NCBI RefSeq assembly: GCF_001447785.1
Contig: NW_015161965.1
Span: 626,595 to 690,594, forward strand
Reading direction: 5' to 3'
Source: Gekko japonicus
Taxonomy: Eukaryota
Length of the DNA stretch: 64,000 nucleotides
Below are positions 25,982-40,000 of this stretch, in pieces. How positions within the stretch are numbered: position 1 is the first letter of the stretch; each line of letters begins with the position of its first letter. The notes beneath the pieces were generated by a model. That model was not told the origin of the DNA and ran no database searches. It worked only from the letters and a program-made list of their open reading frames with translations. The position numbers were made by a program, and so were the translations under genes.

Positions 25982-27558
25982 CAGAAGCCTGCCAAAGCAA
26001 TGGGTAACATTTCCCAGGAGAAAGACTGCACCAGGCACTCAAGGTCATATAGCACAGAAGACAGATAATAAAGCCAGTGTAGACACAGCAGAAATGAAAC
26101 TCATCATTCCAAAGCATCCCCCCCCACACACATGGCAGCCAGGCAGGAGGCCTAGTGGACAGCTGTAATAATGAGTCCCTAAGACCAGACCTCAAGAGTA
26201 TCCAGAAGGTTGATAGGCAATAGTGCAATCCAACCTATATCTAGGAGTCTGGCAGATAAGATCAAGACTGACCATTGCCCAGACTAAAGGTCAAGCCTGA
26301 CCTGGAAGTCATAACCCTAATAGATGAGAGAAACCAATGGGCGACCTATATGATGCTGTCTGCTTGGAAAGAACATCATTAAGTCTAAGAACTTTTTGAC
26401 CTGCAGTCTCAAGATAAAAAGAACACAGATCCAGAAGTTGCCAGTTTTATCCCAGCAGTCTCTGCCCATTGGCTTTGATTATTTGGACCCATGGACCCTA
26501 TCCTGTCCTGACTGCCTTGATTATAAGGGAGGATCTAGCCTAGAAGTCTTTAAATGGGGATTAGACACATTTATGGAGGAGAGGCCTGTTATGATCTGGG
26601 CTGTGCAAGCAAAGGCCTAGCAGGCCCAAGAAGCCTGAGTAGCAGTGGGAGGAGGCTAGGCCTACAACTTCCAGAAGCCCCTGAGAGGTTTTGGCGCCAA
26701 TTTTAGCCAATCACAGAGAAAGGGGACTTATAATAAAAGAGCTGGTACAGAAGAAGAGCTGTTCTTTCTTCCAAGAGAGCAGGGCCAGAGGGAAGGCTGC
26801 TGCTGGGAGAGGCCCTCACCCTGAGAGGAAGGGTGAGTAGACTCAGGCCCAACTGAGACAGTGAACTAGGGACTGTGAGTCTAGTCGCGTTAGGGCATTT
26901 GGTTTCTTTTCCCTTCACCCATTTATCGTTATTGTTCTTGCACCTTGTTTGTTTCCCATATTGGGCTGACCTCCAGTAAAATTTACCTGTAGTTGTTGTT
27001 TACTCTGCCTGGTCCTCACGCCTATTATTTGGCCAAATAAGGGAAGTCTGAAGGTCTTGGGAGGGTGCTCTGGGCCTTATCAAGAGATCCTAAAACCAGA
27101 GTGGTGGCAGTGTCAAGTGACACCCCACCTGTCGTGACATGGTGGCTGTAGCGGTGGGATGGACTAATTTTGGACCCTGGTGAGGCAGAGTGCCATTTGG
27201 CCTTGGCAGAAAAAAAAATTGTTTTTTCCTTTGGGCTTAAGGAAGCCCCATTTTCTGAAGGTGCTTGCAAGACCAAGTAAAGGTCTGGTAAAGTGTGGTG
27301 AAAGGGGTTTTGTTTATGTTGTCGGGTCAACTGGATAGTGAGGCTAGAGACAGGCAGTGTATGTTCCTTTGATCTGGGAAAGAGAAATCCAAGGACACTC
27401 CCATTCCTAAGAGCAGAACCAGGAAGTGGACTGCTGGGCTAATGTCGACCGTGGGTGTGCCACTAGTTGAAGCAACCATGTCCCAAGCAGTGGCACCCCT
27501 GAGTGAAGAGACCTTGCGTCTCCAGCTGCAACTTAAGCAGGCAGACCTTGAGCTAGAG

Positions 27559-30500
27559 ATCAAAAGTAATAACAACACTTTCTGGTCCTTGGTCACCGGC
27601 TTTAAACGTCAGTTGGGAGTCCTTAATGTTAGCTTGTGGTGCACTGCTTATTTGGGGGGACTGTTTTCACTTTAAAATTATACTCTGTGTTTATAAACTG
27701 GGTAGTTTCTGCTGCCACCAGGAATTTTAAGAAATTCCAAATCTTTCTCTGTTTCGGCTGGTGGTAATGTGTCCTAGGGTCTGGGCTTTCAGAGGTCTAT
27801 GTGGCCCTGAGGAAGGATCAAACTGAATTTTGGGTTAAACTTAAACAAAATATGATTTATTGTTTAAGGACCAAAATATGTTGCTGGTTATCTGTAACTG
27901 TTTTGGAGAAAAGGAACTGGTAAATAAACTGGCAAGGTATCACACACAGTCTTGCTTTTAACAATAAGATCCCACTCTGACAGGAATCACTCTTTCACTG
28001 GATAGCCACACTGGCAAAGCTCTTTGTATTAATTCTCTTTTATAACTTTGGAATCTCACAGACCCTTCTCATATCTCTTCCACACTTAAACTTGTAAAGA
28101 CATATATACTGAATTCTTTAAATCTCCATACAGAACTGAGCCATCTCACTCTCTCTCAGACTCACTAACTGAATAACTCCAACTGATTTCTCTAACTGAC
28201 TTCTCTACTCAGATTCACTCAAAACTGACTTCAACACACACACTTTCACTTCAAACAACTCCTCCCACTCTCAGTCATTCTCCAATCACAACACACTTTC
28301 TCAATCACTCTACTCTACTAACACTGCACTTCAACCAAACATTTAAAGGAACACACACACAGTAAAATAAGGAATCATTACATAGCTCAATTCCCCCTCA
28401 GAAATGGGTCACTTACTATACTAACTTGTTCAATAATCCTTTCGTAGCTGAACCAACGAGTAATGTGCTACCTTTAGATGTGCCGGAATGGCCTCCTGTC
28501 TCGCATGAGGAGATATATGAGCTCATTTCTAGTCTTAAATCTGGTAAAGCCCCGGGCCCCGATGGCCTATCTGCTGAGCTCATGAAGAACAATATTGAAT
28601 GGTGGTCTCATTCTCTTGCATGTCTCTTCACATTAACTTATAAATTTGGTATAACCAGAATCATGGTTAAATTCCATAATAATTCCGAAAATTTATGTTA
28701 AACATCTTCTTAAGAAATTATCTGAGTGGATGACTTCTCATAATTTACCAGGGAGAGAGCAAATTGGATTTGTAACAAAACACTTTACTTTAGATCATTG
28801 TGTAGCATTATCTTTTTTAGATGAAAAATATCTCTGGCACCCTAGAGGCAAGTTGTACATTGCATTTATTGATCTCCGTAGAGCCTTTGACTCAGTCAAT
28901 AAACAGATTCTGTGGAGAAAATTACACAAATTTGACCTTGACCAATGTCTTTTGTTTTTGTTGCGTAAATTTCATCTCTCTAACACTTGTCAGGTTAGAT
29001 TTGATGACAGAGGCTCCTTAACACAAAAAAATCATGTGACCAGGGGTGTAAAGCAGGGTTGCATTTTAGCTCCCTCTCTATTTAATTTGTTCCTTTCAGA
29101 TCTCCCTTCCTATTTGGCTAAAATTGATGGACACGCTCCCAAATTAAAATCAGCCCTGGTTCCTATCTTACTGTATGCGGACGATGCAGCAGTTCTTTCT
29201 TTGACTAAAATAGGATTAAAGCGCTTCCTATCAGCATTTATTTCATTCTGTAACCAGAACTCCTTATTTATTAATTTTGATAAGACTAAAATTTTGGTAT
29301 TTTCTAAATCATGGAGGCATTCTGTCTGGAAGATCGATGGAAGAGAAATTGAACAAGTTAAATCTTTGAGATACTTGGGTATTCTCTTTCATTATAATCT
29401 AAAATGGTCCATGCATCGGGAACATTCTCTTAGCTTGGCTAAGAACAAGATGGCAGCTATAGCCCATTTTCACTATTAAAAAGGTAAGCAATTTGTCCTG
29501 GCCACCCTACGGATTTTTTGGGATACAGTGATTCCCCAATTACTGTATGGGCTTCCCGTGTGGATTCAGGACTTTAATAAAAAGGTGGAACGAGTTAATG
29601 CAATCTTTCTGCGTTGTATTCTTGGCATTCCTAACTCAGTTAGTTATTCTACTTTGTGTGCTGAGTTGGGTCTCTATACCATAGAATCTAGAGCTTGGAT
29701 TGCGGTCATCAAATATTGGTTACATCTTGATTTTCAACCTCTTCCAAATAGTCTTATTGCTTTTCTAACCTCTGATCTGTATGTTTCTAAATGGTCCCAA
29801 TTAATAAGGGAGAAAATTAATTCTGTAGGTATTGACTTAGATTCCCTGGTTAATTCCAATGAATCCTATATATTCCAAATAATTCAAAGGAAAATTCAGG
29901 ATACATATTTACAATTAATAAAAGCTGGAGCAGAGGGGACTTGTTCTCCCTGTTTCCTGGGTCTTGCTTTCCCACAAAACTCTATGGCTCAGTACTTTTC
30001 AAACTTAACAATCCTTTCTCAATGCAGAGCATTTATGCTGGCCAGATTCAATATATTTCCCTCGGCTGTGGTCACAGGCAGATGCAAGGGCATCCCCTAT
30101 GAGGCAAGACACTGCAGATGTCTCTGCAAAGAACCTGACTCTGTTCAGCATATCCTCTTAAACTGTCCACTGTTTACTCAGCTACATTTATACTTGATTA
30201 GCCCTCTCCTTCAACTCTCTAAGGTTGCGACCAATAGAGGTATTGAATTCTTGCTAGCGGACAAAAACCCTGAAGTTACAGAGCAGGTGGCAGAGTTCCT
30301 GGCAAATGTACTTAGGGCACAAGAAAAAGAGGGAAGAAAAAAGAGAAGAGGAAGAGGAAAGGAGGTAGGGAGTGAGTGAGAGAGATAAGGTGTATCTATG
30401 ATTCCTCTTTGGATAGTTAAGCTTCTTACTATAACTGTTTTAATTACCGTGATACTCGAGATTACTGTTCCGAACTCTTATCACTTTACCCTATTATTAT

Positions 30501-30630
30501 TGCTATACACAATGTTACAAATCACTGTACTCTGATTGTTTCTCTTTGTTGGCATATGGGCTGATTTGTACTGTTATCTTTTCTTTTTAAAGTTATTGTT
30601 ATGCCAGTAAAGGTTATTGGAACTGGAATT
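27559..30630 (+). mobile_element. RTE-X-like LINE, 5'-truncated, inserted in the Gypsy gag
   Basis: KAPGPDG, EQIGF, AFIDLRRAFDSV, GVKQGCILAP, LLYADD, YLG motifs and C-terminal RHCRC..QHILLNC (ORFs 28426-30379); 3' end tatgccagtaaaggt plus ttggaa-like tail. Confidence 0.88.
27635..28382 (-). mobile_element. Solo LTR inserted in the RTE-X element
   Basis: TG...CA ends, perfect 5-bp TSD tagct (27630-27634 and 28383-28387), minus-strand AATAAA near 27856. Confidence 0.8.
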
Positions 30631-31651
30631 GGAGAGAGCTAGGATGGAGATGGAAAGAGAAAGGCAGAAAGAGGAGACTGCAGCTAGGATGGAATTAGAA
30701 TGAGAGAAAATAAGGCTGGTGCATGAGCTTGAGATCGCTAAGCTAGAAAGGGGCCAACCTCCTCCAGATGCGACAGTGAGAGAAGATCGTCGGATGTACC
30801 CCTGGCTCAGGGAAAGGGAGGACATTGAGGCCTTCCTGCAGAATTGTGAACAAGTCTGTATTGGCTACAAGGTCCCCTCAGAGTTGTACATGGAAAAGCT
30901 GAGACTGCAGTTGAGTGGTGTCCTAGCTTCAGTGTCTGGGCAGATGGAAGGTAAAGAGAGAACAGACTACAAGCTGTTCAAGCAGAGAGTGTGAGAAAGA
31001 GTGGGGTTCACCAAGGAAGGGGCCTGGAAGTGCTTCAGAGAGATCAGGCTTGAAGGGAACGAGTCCTCACAGTTAATACATACTGGGAAAAGCCTATGAC
31101 TTGTGGGTGGAAGTCGCCGATGCCAAGACCCTGGCTGATGTCAAGGCCCTGATGTGCATTGACTGGTTCCTGACTCTTCTTCCTGAGTACATTAGGTGCC
31201 CCCTGGTGGACAAGAGCCCTTCTACCCTTCAAGAAGCAGGACAGTGGGCGGAGCGACTGGCTGAAGCCTATGGAGGGCAGAGGTACCTCACAAATTGGGA
31301 CTGGCATCAGAGGGAGTTTCCTAAGTCCCCACCCCAGCCCAGAAAGCAGCCAAAAGTAAAAGGACAGCCATCCCAGGAACAGCATCCTAATTCGCCAAGT
31401 GCTGGTATGCAGTTGCCAACGGGAGATTGGAAGGCACCCTGATGCTATGCCTGCAATGAGTTGGGACACATTGAAAGGCAGTGCCCTAAGGCAACTACCA
31501 GCTCATACCATATGATTCCAGTGCCCCCCCCACTCCTCCTGAGTTCAACTCAGCATGTATTCCTTGGCGCCACCATAAGGAAGTCACTGTGGACAGGCGT
31601 GGTGTTGCAGCCTGGTGAGACACCAGCTCCCTGTTGACCACCGTCCACTGA

Positions 31652-32239
<588 letters not shown>

Positions 32240-32934
32240 AAACTAGGGACTGTGAGTGAACTAGGGACTATGAGTCTAGTTGCGTTAGGGCATTTGGTTT
32301 CTTTTCCCTTCACCCACTTATCGTTATTGTTCTTGCACCTGGTTTGTTTCCCATATTGGGCTGACCTCTTGTAAAAATAAACCTTTTATTTGTTGTTTAC
32401 TCTGCCTGGTCCTCACGCCTATTATTTGGCAAAATAAAGGAGGTCTGAAGGTCTGGGCCTTCTCAAGGGATCCTAAAACCAGAGTGGTGGCAGTGTCAGG
32501 TGACACCCCACCTGAGTCGTGACAAGGTCCATCAACTGGTACTAGCTGTGGTGCTAAAAGGAACCTCGATGCCAGTGCTAGGAGGCAATAGCAGGGGGAA
32601 CGTCTTGGCATCTACGCCCTTTTTGTTGGCCCTCCAGTGTGAAACAGGATGCTGGATTAGATGGACTACTGCTCTGATCCAGCAGGGCTCCTTTTATGTT
32701 CTTCTGATCTGTACTTGTAGTGGTATCTGTACAGGAAGCGGTATCACATGTGAACCCACACATATGTGAACCCACATAATCCTACCCTACATGTGCATGG
32801 ACTGCACCCAGTTGACTCTGTTCACACATGCTTGGGAGGAGAGCCATTGCTCCAGGGTGTGGTTACTGTGGGATGTGTGTGTACTAGAAGCAAATAAGTA
32901 GAAGTGATTGTGTGGTCTTTCCCACCCCATTGTG

Positions 32935-33775
32935 GGAAGAGATCTTGCAAGAGAGAGATCTTGGAGTTGTAGTGGATAACTCACTGAAAATGTCGAGACA
33001 GTGTGTGACTGCAATAAAGAAGGCCAATGCTATGCTGGGGATTATTAGGAAGGGTATTGAAAACAGATCAGCCAATATAATAATGCCCCTATATAAATCA
33101 ATGGTGAGACCTCATTTGGAATACTGTGTGCAGTTCTGGGCACCACACCTTAAAAAAGATATTATAGCTTTGGAAAAAGTGCAGAAAAGGGCAACTCAAA
33201 TGATAAAAGGGTTGGAACACTTTCCCTATGAGGAAAGGTTAAAGCGCTTAGGGCTCTTTAGCTTGGAGAAAAGACGACTGAGGGGTGACATGATCGAGGT
33301 TTATAAGATTATGCATGGGAAAGAGCAGGTAAAGAAAGAGGTACTTTTCTCCCTTTCTCACAATACAAGAACTCGTGGGCACTCCATGAAACTGCAGAGC
33401 GGTCGGGTTAGAACGGATAAAAGGAAGTACTTCTTCACCCAAAGAGTGATTAACACATGGAATTCACTGCCACAGGAAGTGGTGGCGGCTACAAGCATGG
33501 ACGGCTTCAAAAGGGAATTAGATAAGCATATGGAGCAGAGGTCCATCAGTGGCTATTAGCCACAAGGTATAGCTAGGGGCTCTGGGGCAAGTGATGCTCT
33601 GTCTTCTTGGTGCTTGGGGGGGGTCAACAGTGGGAGGGGTTCTAATGTCCTGGCCCCACTGGTGGACCTCCTGATGGCACTGGTATTTCTGGCCACTGTG
33701 TGACACAGAGTGTTGGACTGGATGGGCCTTTGGCCTGATCCAACATTGGCGTCTCTTATGTTCTTATGTTCTTAT
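32935..33775 (+). mobile_element. CR1 LINE 3' fragment, young-looking with an open ORF2 end
   Basis: ORF 32912-33559 (ERDLGVVVD..LYKSMVRPHLEYCVQFW..); (ttcttatg)n tail. Confidence 0.95.
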
Positions 33776-34024
33776 TGTCACCTGGATGATAGAAGGCAAA
33801 ATAAAACATCTTTGAGATTTTACCTTGCACTTCCACATGTTTGTAAGTTTTTTGTTTTAGCAAAGAGTTTTAAAAACACAACTCCAACATGAACAACTAG
33901 GCTGCAGGCAAGCAACTTTCACAAAGTTAAAGGTATTTTGAAAGACTGATCTAATTTCCTGGTGTTGTGTAAACTCATCCCAGTTTTTGCCTATGGTAGT
34001 ATTGTTTAGAAAATTTGCAAAACC

Positions 34025-35485
34025 GAGAGGTGGGGTTTTGGCGAGCTGATGGCGGCTGTGTCTCCTGGGATCTCCCAGGGAGGCGGCTCGCAAACCAGCA
34101 GTTAGAGAGGGGGTGCAAATGTCCTTGCCCCCTGGGGACCTTTGTGAAGGGTCTCCAGTCATGGAGCGCTGAGGATTGCCTCTTTCCCAGCATGCTGTTG
34201 GGAAATTGAGGCATCCCTTTACTCCGACGGTCTCTCTGCTGTGTTCCATCAAGGACTAAGCTACGCACACCCCATCAAGCGAGTGGAGGTCGAGCGGCAA
34301 ATAAGCATATCTGTCGGCGAGATCTACTTGATCTACAAATAAAGAGTGAGTAAAGTTGAAATGAAACAACAAAGCAAAATCCCCCGTGGGAAAAGCAAGG
34401 GGGGAGAGGGGACTCTCCTCCGCTAAGAACTGTTTATAAGCGTTACGGAGCTAGAAGAAAGGGGGGGCATGTTTAAAAGCGGCAATGGACTATACGGAGA
34501 GATTCCAGGAGGCAGTTAAGCGTTGAAGCAAGTTATCGGGACTTTGGCAAACTTTGTAAAAGTAAACATCCTTAAAAATGACGATGGACAATGTAGTAAG
34601 AGCAACAAGCGATATCCAAGCTTTCTCCAGGAAGGGGAAGAGCTGCTGGTTAACCATCTGCCCGGAAATAATCATAGACTCTTGCAAACTGTGTCTTAAG
34701 CCTTTGTTCCCTGTTGATATAAATGAGGTACTATGCAAGAACTGTGCTACATGACAGCTGTTGCTTTTAAAAGGACTGGGTTAATATTGGAGAAGCGTCT
34801 AACCAATGATCATAGGGGCTTCCAGGATTGAAGAGGAGAGTCAAATGGGCATTTGCAATTCAAAGGGCCTGTATGCAGTCCATAAGCAAGGCTTAAAGCA
34901 AAGGAGTATCCTTCATAGTTATATCCTGATTAAGTCTGCTGGGCTTATATTGGAACGACCCCTATGATTGAAGGCAAGACTTTAAGCGGAACAGTCCTAG
35001 AAAAAGGAGAAGGGACTTTGTTTTGAGATGGCCAGTTCCTGATACAGTAAGATGGTGCCACAGGGAAGAAAAAAGAGGAAAACAGCAATGGAAGAGAAAA
35101 TGAGATTGTACAATATCTACTGAGGGAGACTTATTGTTAATTTGCTTTTAATGGTGGAGGGAAAAATAATGGTTAAATGAGATGCCATCATTCGCTGTAA
35201 TTTGTGTCTAAGTTAAATAGTGGTTCTCCTGGACTACTCTTCATATAGTCAGATTTGTTGGGATGTTTTTACAAGCTATGATGATGATTGAGCACTCTCA
35301 ATGTTAAAGAAAGCTTTTTATTATTGTTAAGCAAATTTTTTACAAGCTTTATGTGACCTCCAACCCTTGGGCTTTTAGTGGGCTTTCTTTTCTTTCTCCT
35401 ATAGTGTGTAGATCCCCCCCCCAATTTCATTGTAGCGTTTAGTAAATGCAAATAAAAAATCCCCTACGAGGGGCCATAAAAAAAA
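34025..35485 (+). mobile_element. Full-length non-autonomous L1-mobilised element (HAL1-like)
   Basis: 17-bp TSD agaaaatttgcaaaacc (34008-34024 and 35486-35502) at a TTT|AGAA nick site; AATAAA plus A-tail; GC-rich 5' end with gatggcggc; no RT or EN. Confidence 0.75.
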
Positions 35486-36548
35486 AGAAAATTTGCAAAA
35501 CCCATTTGACCAAGAAGCTATCATGAAAAGAGAAACTATCATCTGTCTCTACTTCTCGATTCTCAGGAAGCCAAATTCTGTGCCAGATATCAAATACCAA
35601 GTTTGTGCAACATGACTATGGATGTGCAGAAGACAGGAATGCCCCAAGTCTGAACTCTTGGCAAGCAGGCCCTTGACCACTTTGCCAGGTGTGATGCACC
35701 CATCACAGCATCACATCATAAGTACTACGCAGCAGGTTCTGGCTCCAGGCAAGTTGCTTACAAGCTAATTTTCATTCTCTGGGGTTACCAAGCCTTAACT
35801 GGGCAGACTGTTTTCATTGTGGGCTCTGTCTTTCCATCTAGGAGGAGGAAGAGGTCATCATGGAAACCCTTGCCAGAAAAAAAGTACTTCAAAGCAAATG
35901 TATCCTGGCTGCTCTTCAGATGGGAATCTGGCATAGCACTCTGTTTCTGGGACATCCACATACAGCCCCGCTGAAGTTTATAAAACAGTATGAAAAGAAT
36001 GGGATGGAGAAGACAAGCTCTTTTGGGGCTGGCCTTGAACCCTGGCAATCTCTCCTCATGTCCATGACTAAAATAAATCAGTTCAAATTGGGTGTGAAAA
36101 GCAAGCCATTGCCTGCAGAGGCCAACACGTCCTCTGTTGCCAGGGTCCTGAGCTTTCATTTTGACCAGGAACTGGGGGGTGGGGTGGGGTTATATCAACA
36201 ATATAAAACTTGTTCCAATTACACTCTCCACTTTTACTGTATACCATCTGTAATAACTCTGCCAAACCTACATCTACTAGCAAGGTATAGAATTCCATCC
36301 ATGTAAAGTGATAAAAAAACAGTAATGACTTGTCCCTTAGGAAATACCCTGCAAGCACACATTCATACACAGATCCAAGTGTAGATTAGTAATGCTCAAA
36401 CATTTACTGGTTTGGTTCACATGCTACTTGCAGGTCACAAGCAAGGAGCTGATTTTTTAATGATCAGTCTGATATTTCATCAACCTGTCTAAGCCTGTTA
36501 GAAATGTTGCTTCACTGTATTCCTTTTTAACCATGCAGTACTGCACAA

Positions 36549-36882
36549 GTGGTTAAGACGCTGAACTGCAGGCTGTGGAAGGTCAGTAGTTCAGCAGTTC
36601 GAGACCCGGGTGTCGCATGACGGAGTGAGCTCCCGCCTCTAGTTCCAGCTCCTGCCAACCTAGCAGTTTGAAAGCAAGAAATTGCAAGTAGATAAATAGG
36701 TACCACTTTGGTGGGAAGGTAACAATGTTCCGTGCGCCTTGGTGTTTAGTCATGCTGGCCACATGACTACAGAAACGTCTTCGGACAGCGCTGGCTCTTC
36801 GGCATTGAAACGGAGATGAGCACTGCAGCCCTAGAGTTGGATTCGACTGGCTTTCGAGCAAGGGAAACCTTTACCTTTACCT
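36549..36882 (+). mobile_element. Sauria SINE
   Basis: (accttt)n tail; 10-bp TSD tactgcacaa. Confidence 0.85.
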
Positions 36883-37028
36883 TACTGCACAATTGGCTTT
36901 TCATATAAGCGTGTTCTCACGCAGCCGGATTGTGTTCTACTAACTACCCACCACATCCTTGCTGCATAACTGCTCCGCTCAGTCGGCTTGTTTAAATAGA
37001 CAATTAAATCAGTGACAAATCATGTAAG

Positions 37029-40000
37029 TGTCAAACTCAGGCCTCGTTTGCCATGAGTTTCTTAACTTTCAGTCTGTCTTTGGTTCTGTATGCTCTTTCA
37101 TTCTGGCTGGGGGGGAGGGGAAGTATGTGAGTGTGTGTGTATGTGGGTAGAACTGCTTTGCTGAAGAGTCATGTGAGCTTGTAACTGCGTATATATGTGG
37201 GGCCTCCCTTCCCTGGGAAGAATGCATGCTTGACCTTAAGTACCAGACACTGCTAGATAATGTAACTGTAATGTATCAATCTCCGATCACGTGCATGGCT
37301 AGGTCGCCATGCGGTCATGCGAAGCGGCTGAGCTTTGCTCTCAGGAACAATGGCCCAAGCGGATCCTAGCCCGCACCAATAAGAGGGCTAGGCTCCCAGC
37401 CAAGAGTCCATGGAACTCTCGGCCACTATAATGACCAATCACTTGTGTGTGGGTGTGTTTTGGGTGTGGGATTGTTGTACATATAAACCGGCCTGTGAGC
37501 CGATTCTAGTTGTCTTGTTCCGAATTAATAAAAGTATGAGAGCTGAAATCACTAGTAAGTCTCAGTACTTTTCACTGGCGACGAGGATGGGATTCTAACT
37601 CCCATGAACAACGACCCAGACTAAGATTCGAGCATCGCATCGAGCCCCAGCACCGAGACTACCGCATGCAGCTCCGCATCGTGCCCAGGTTTGCTGGTAG
37701 CTGCTCATCACACCGCTCCTTGCTCCGTACCTTGCCCTGCTGACCCCGAGAGCAGCAGCACTTCCTGTCTCACTCCGGTCACCGCCGCCGCCGTTTCTGA
37801 GCTACCACCACCATGAGGAAGCAGCACGATGGCTACCTCCCAGGAAAGCATCACTGCCTTCGATATCTCCCACCCCGCACAGTGGGAGACCTGGCTCAAG
37901 ATCCTGGAGAGTTACTTCGACTGCCATGACATCGTAGATCCAGGTAAGAAGAAGGCCCACCTCCTCCAGTCCTGTGGTATCTTGCTGCTAAAGGATCTCA
38001 TTGCACCTAAGCAGACTAAGGACAAATCATACTTGGTGCTGGTGAAAGCACTGACCAACCACCTTTCACCAAAGCCCACAAAGTTTGCTGAGCGTATGGA
38101 CTTCTTTGTGCAGGTCCAGGGGCCAGATGAGCCGGCTTATGAGTTCTTGGCCGGGCTCCGGCGGGCGGCCACCAGGTGCTCATTTCCTGACCTGGTGGAT
38201 GCCTTGCTAAACCAGTTCCTCTTGGGTCTCCAGGAACCCAAGCTTTGGAGGAAACTGGTTAGCCAGGACGACCTGGACCTAGACAAGGCACACCGGGAGG
38301 CCGCAGCCTATGAAAAGGTGCATCAAGACCGCCGCGTGCGGGCGGTCCATCGCACTCAAGCAGCCCTCGAGTCGGATGACTCAGAAGATGAGTAAGTGCT
38401 CCAGGTACGCCGCCATTCATCCGAACAGCAGCATCGCTCGGGGGGACCGTCCTTGGCCAAAGCCTCCTCTGCATCGTCTTCCTGTGCCAGCTGCGGAAAG
38501 GCGCATGAACGCAGTATGTGCGTTCAGGGATGCTGTCTGCCGCTCCTGCAAAAAGCCGGGCCATCTCGCCAGGGTCTGCCATTCCCAGAAACAGCCCCAG
38601 AAAACTTCGGCCCACCAGACAGCATCTTCATACCCTCTCTGCCCATCACCAGCAGCACCAGGTATGTAACTTGCCCCACGATAGCTCAAATAAGGTACAC
38701 GTTACGGTGTTAATAGAGGGGTCCCCCTGCAGTATGGAAATGAACTCTGGCTCTTCCTATTCAATAATTTCCAAGGAAATGCTGCGCTCGCTCTGCCCAC
38801 AGGGGAGACCCTCTCTGCGGAAGCCACAGGGGTTTAAGTTACGGGACTTTAACAAGAACCTTGTGGCGGTTCGGGGCTGGGGCAAGTTTACGGTGCAGTT
38901 TCAGAATGTCCGTGGAAAATTGGACTTGCTGGTGGGGGGGGGGGAGGCTCTCCAGTCTGCTGAGACTTTCCTGGTTCAGGCCCCTGGGATTGACGATCAC
39001 AGGGGTGAATCAGCTACGGGCTGAGAATTTAGCGGCTGTGTGCAATGAGTTCCCCAGGGTTTTTGACGGCACACTCAGCAGATACACCGGGGCCCCCATA
39101 TCCTTAGACCTCGACCCGACCGTCTGGCCCATCAGGGTCAAGGCCAGACACCCCTATTGCAATGAGGCCAAAGATTGAGGCAGAGCTTGATCGCTTAGGT
39201 GCCTAGGGGGTGTTAGAGCCCGTCGCTTCTGCACGGTGGGAGACGTGCGGATTTGTGCAGACTATAAGTGCCCATTGAACAAAGCCCTCCAAGACCACGC
39301 TTATCATGTACCAGTGGTCAGCCACATGTTAGCCGCACTGTTGGGGGCGCGGATCTTCGGCAAACTGGACTTGGCCCAGGCCTACCAGCAACTGCCAGTG
39401 GATGCCGCCACGGCAGAAGCCCAAACAATAGCGACACACAAGGGGGCTTTCAAAGTAAATAGTCTCCAGTTTGCGGTATTGGTCGCACCAGGCATCTTTC
39501 AATCCTTCATGGATAGTTTGTTAAAAGGTACTCCAGGAGTGCAGCCGTTTCTAGATGACATGCTCATAGCAGCCCCGGATGCCTCGACCTTTGCCGACCG
39601 GCTGCGGGCTGTGCTCCAGCGTTTCGACACGGCTGGCCTGAAGGTCAAGCGTGAAAAATGCCTGCTCGGGGTGCCCAAGGTGGAGTTCTTGGGGTTCGCT
39701 GTAGACACCCAGGGTATCCACCCCACTGAAGATAAAACAACGGCTATCACGCTGGCTCCCCTACCTACATCCAAGATGGAATTACAGGTTTTCCTGGGCC
39801 TGTTAAATTTTTACCACTCTTTTCTCCCTCTGAAGGCCGCTGTGGTGGAACCTCTGCACCGCTTACTGGATAAAACGCTCCGTGGGCCTGGAGCCTGCTG
39901 CTTTCCAGGCGGTAAAGGACCTTCTTGTCTCCAATTTGGTCCTCTCTCATTTCAATGAGGCACTTCCCGTGGTCCTAGCCTGCGATGCCTCTCCTTACAG

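Noticed and set aside
30719-31442. Host SCAN zinc-finger (ZSCAN) gene
   Set aside because: The SCAN-like region is followed by a CCHC knuckle and protease and is bounded by LTRs and a PBS; no C2H2 array is present.
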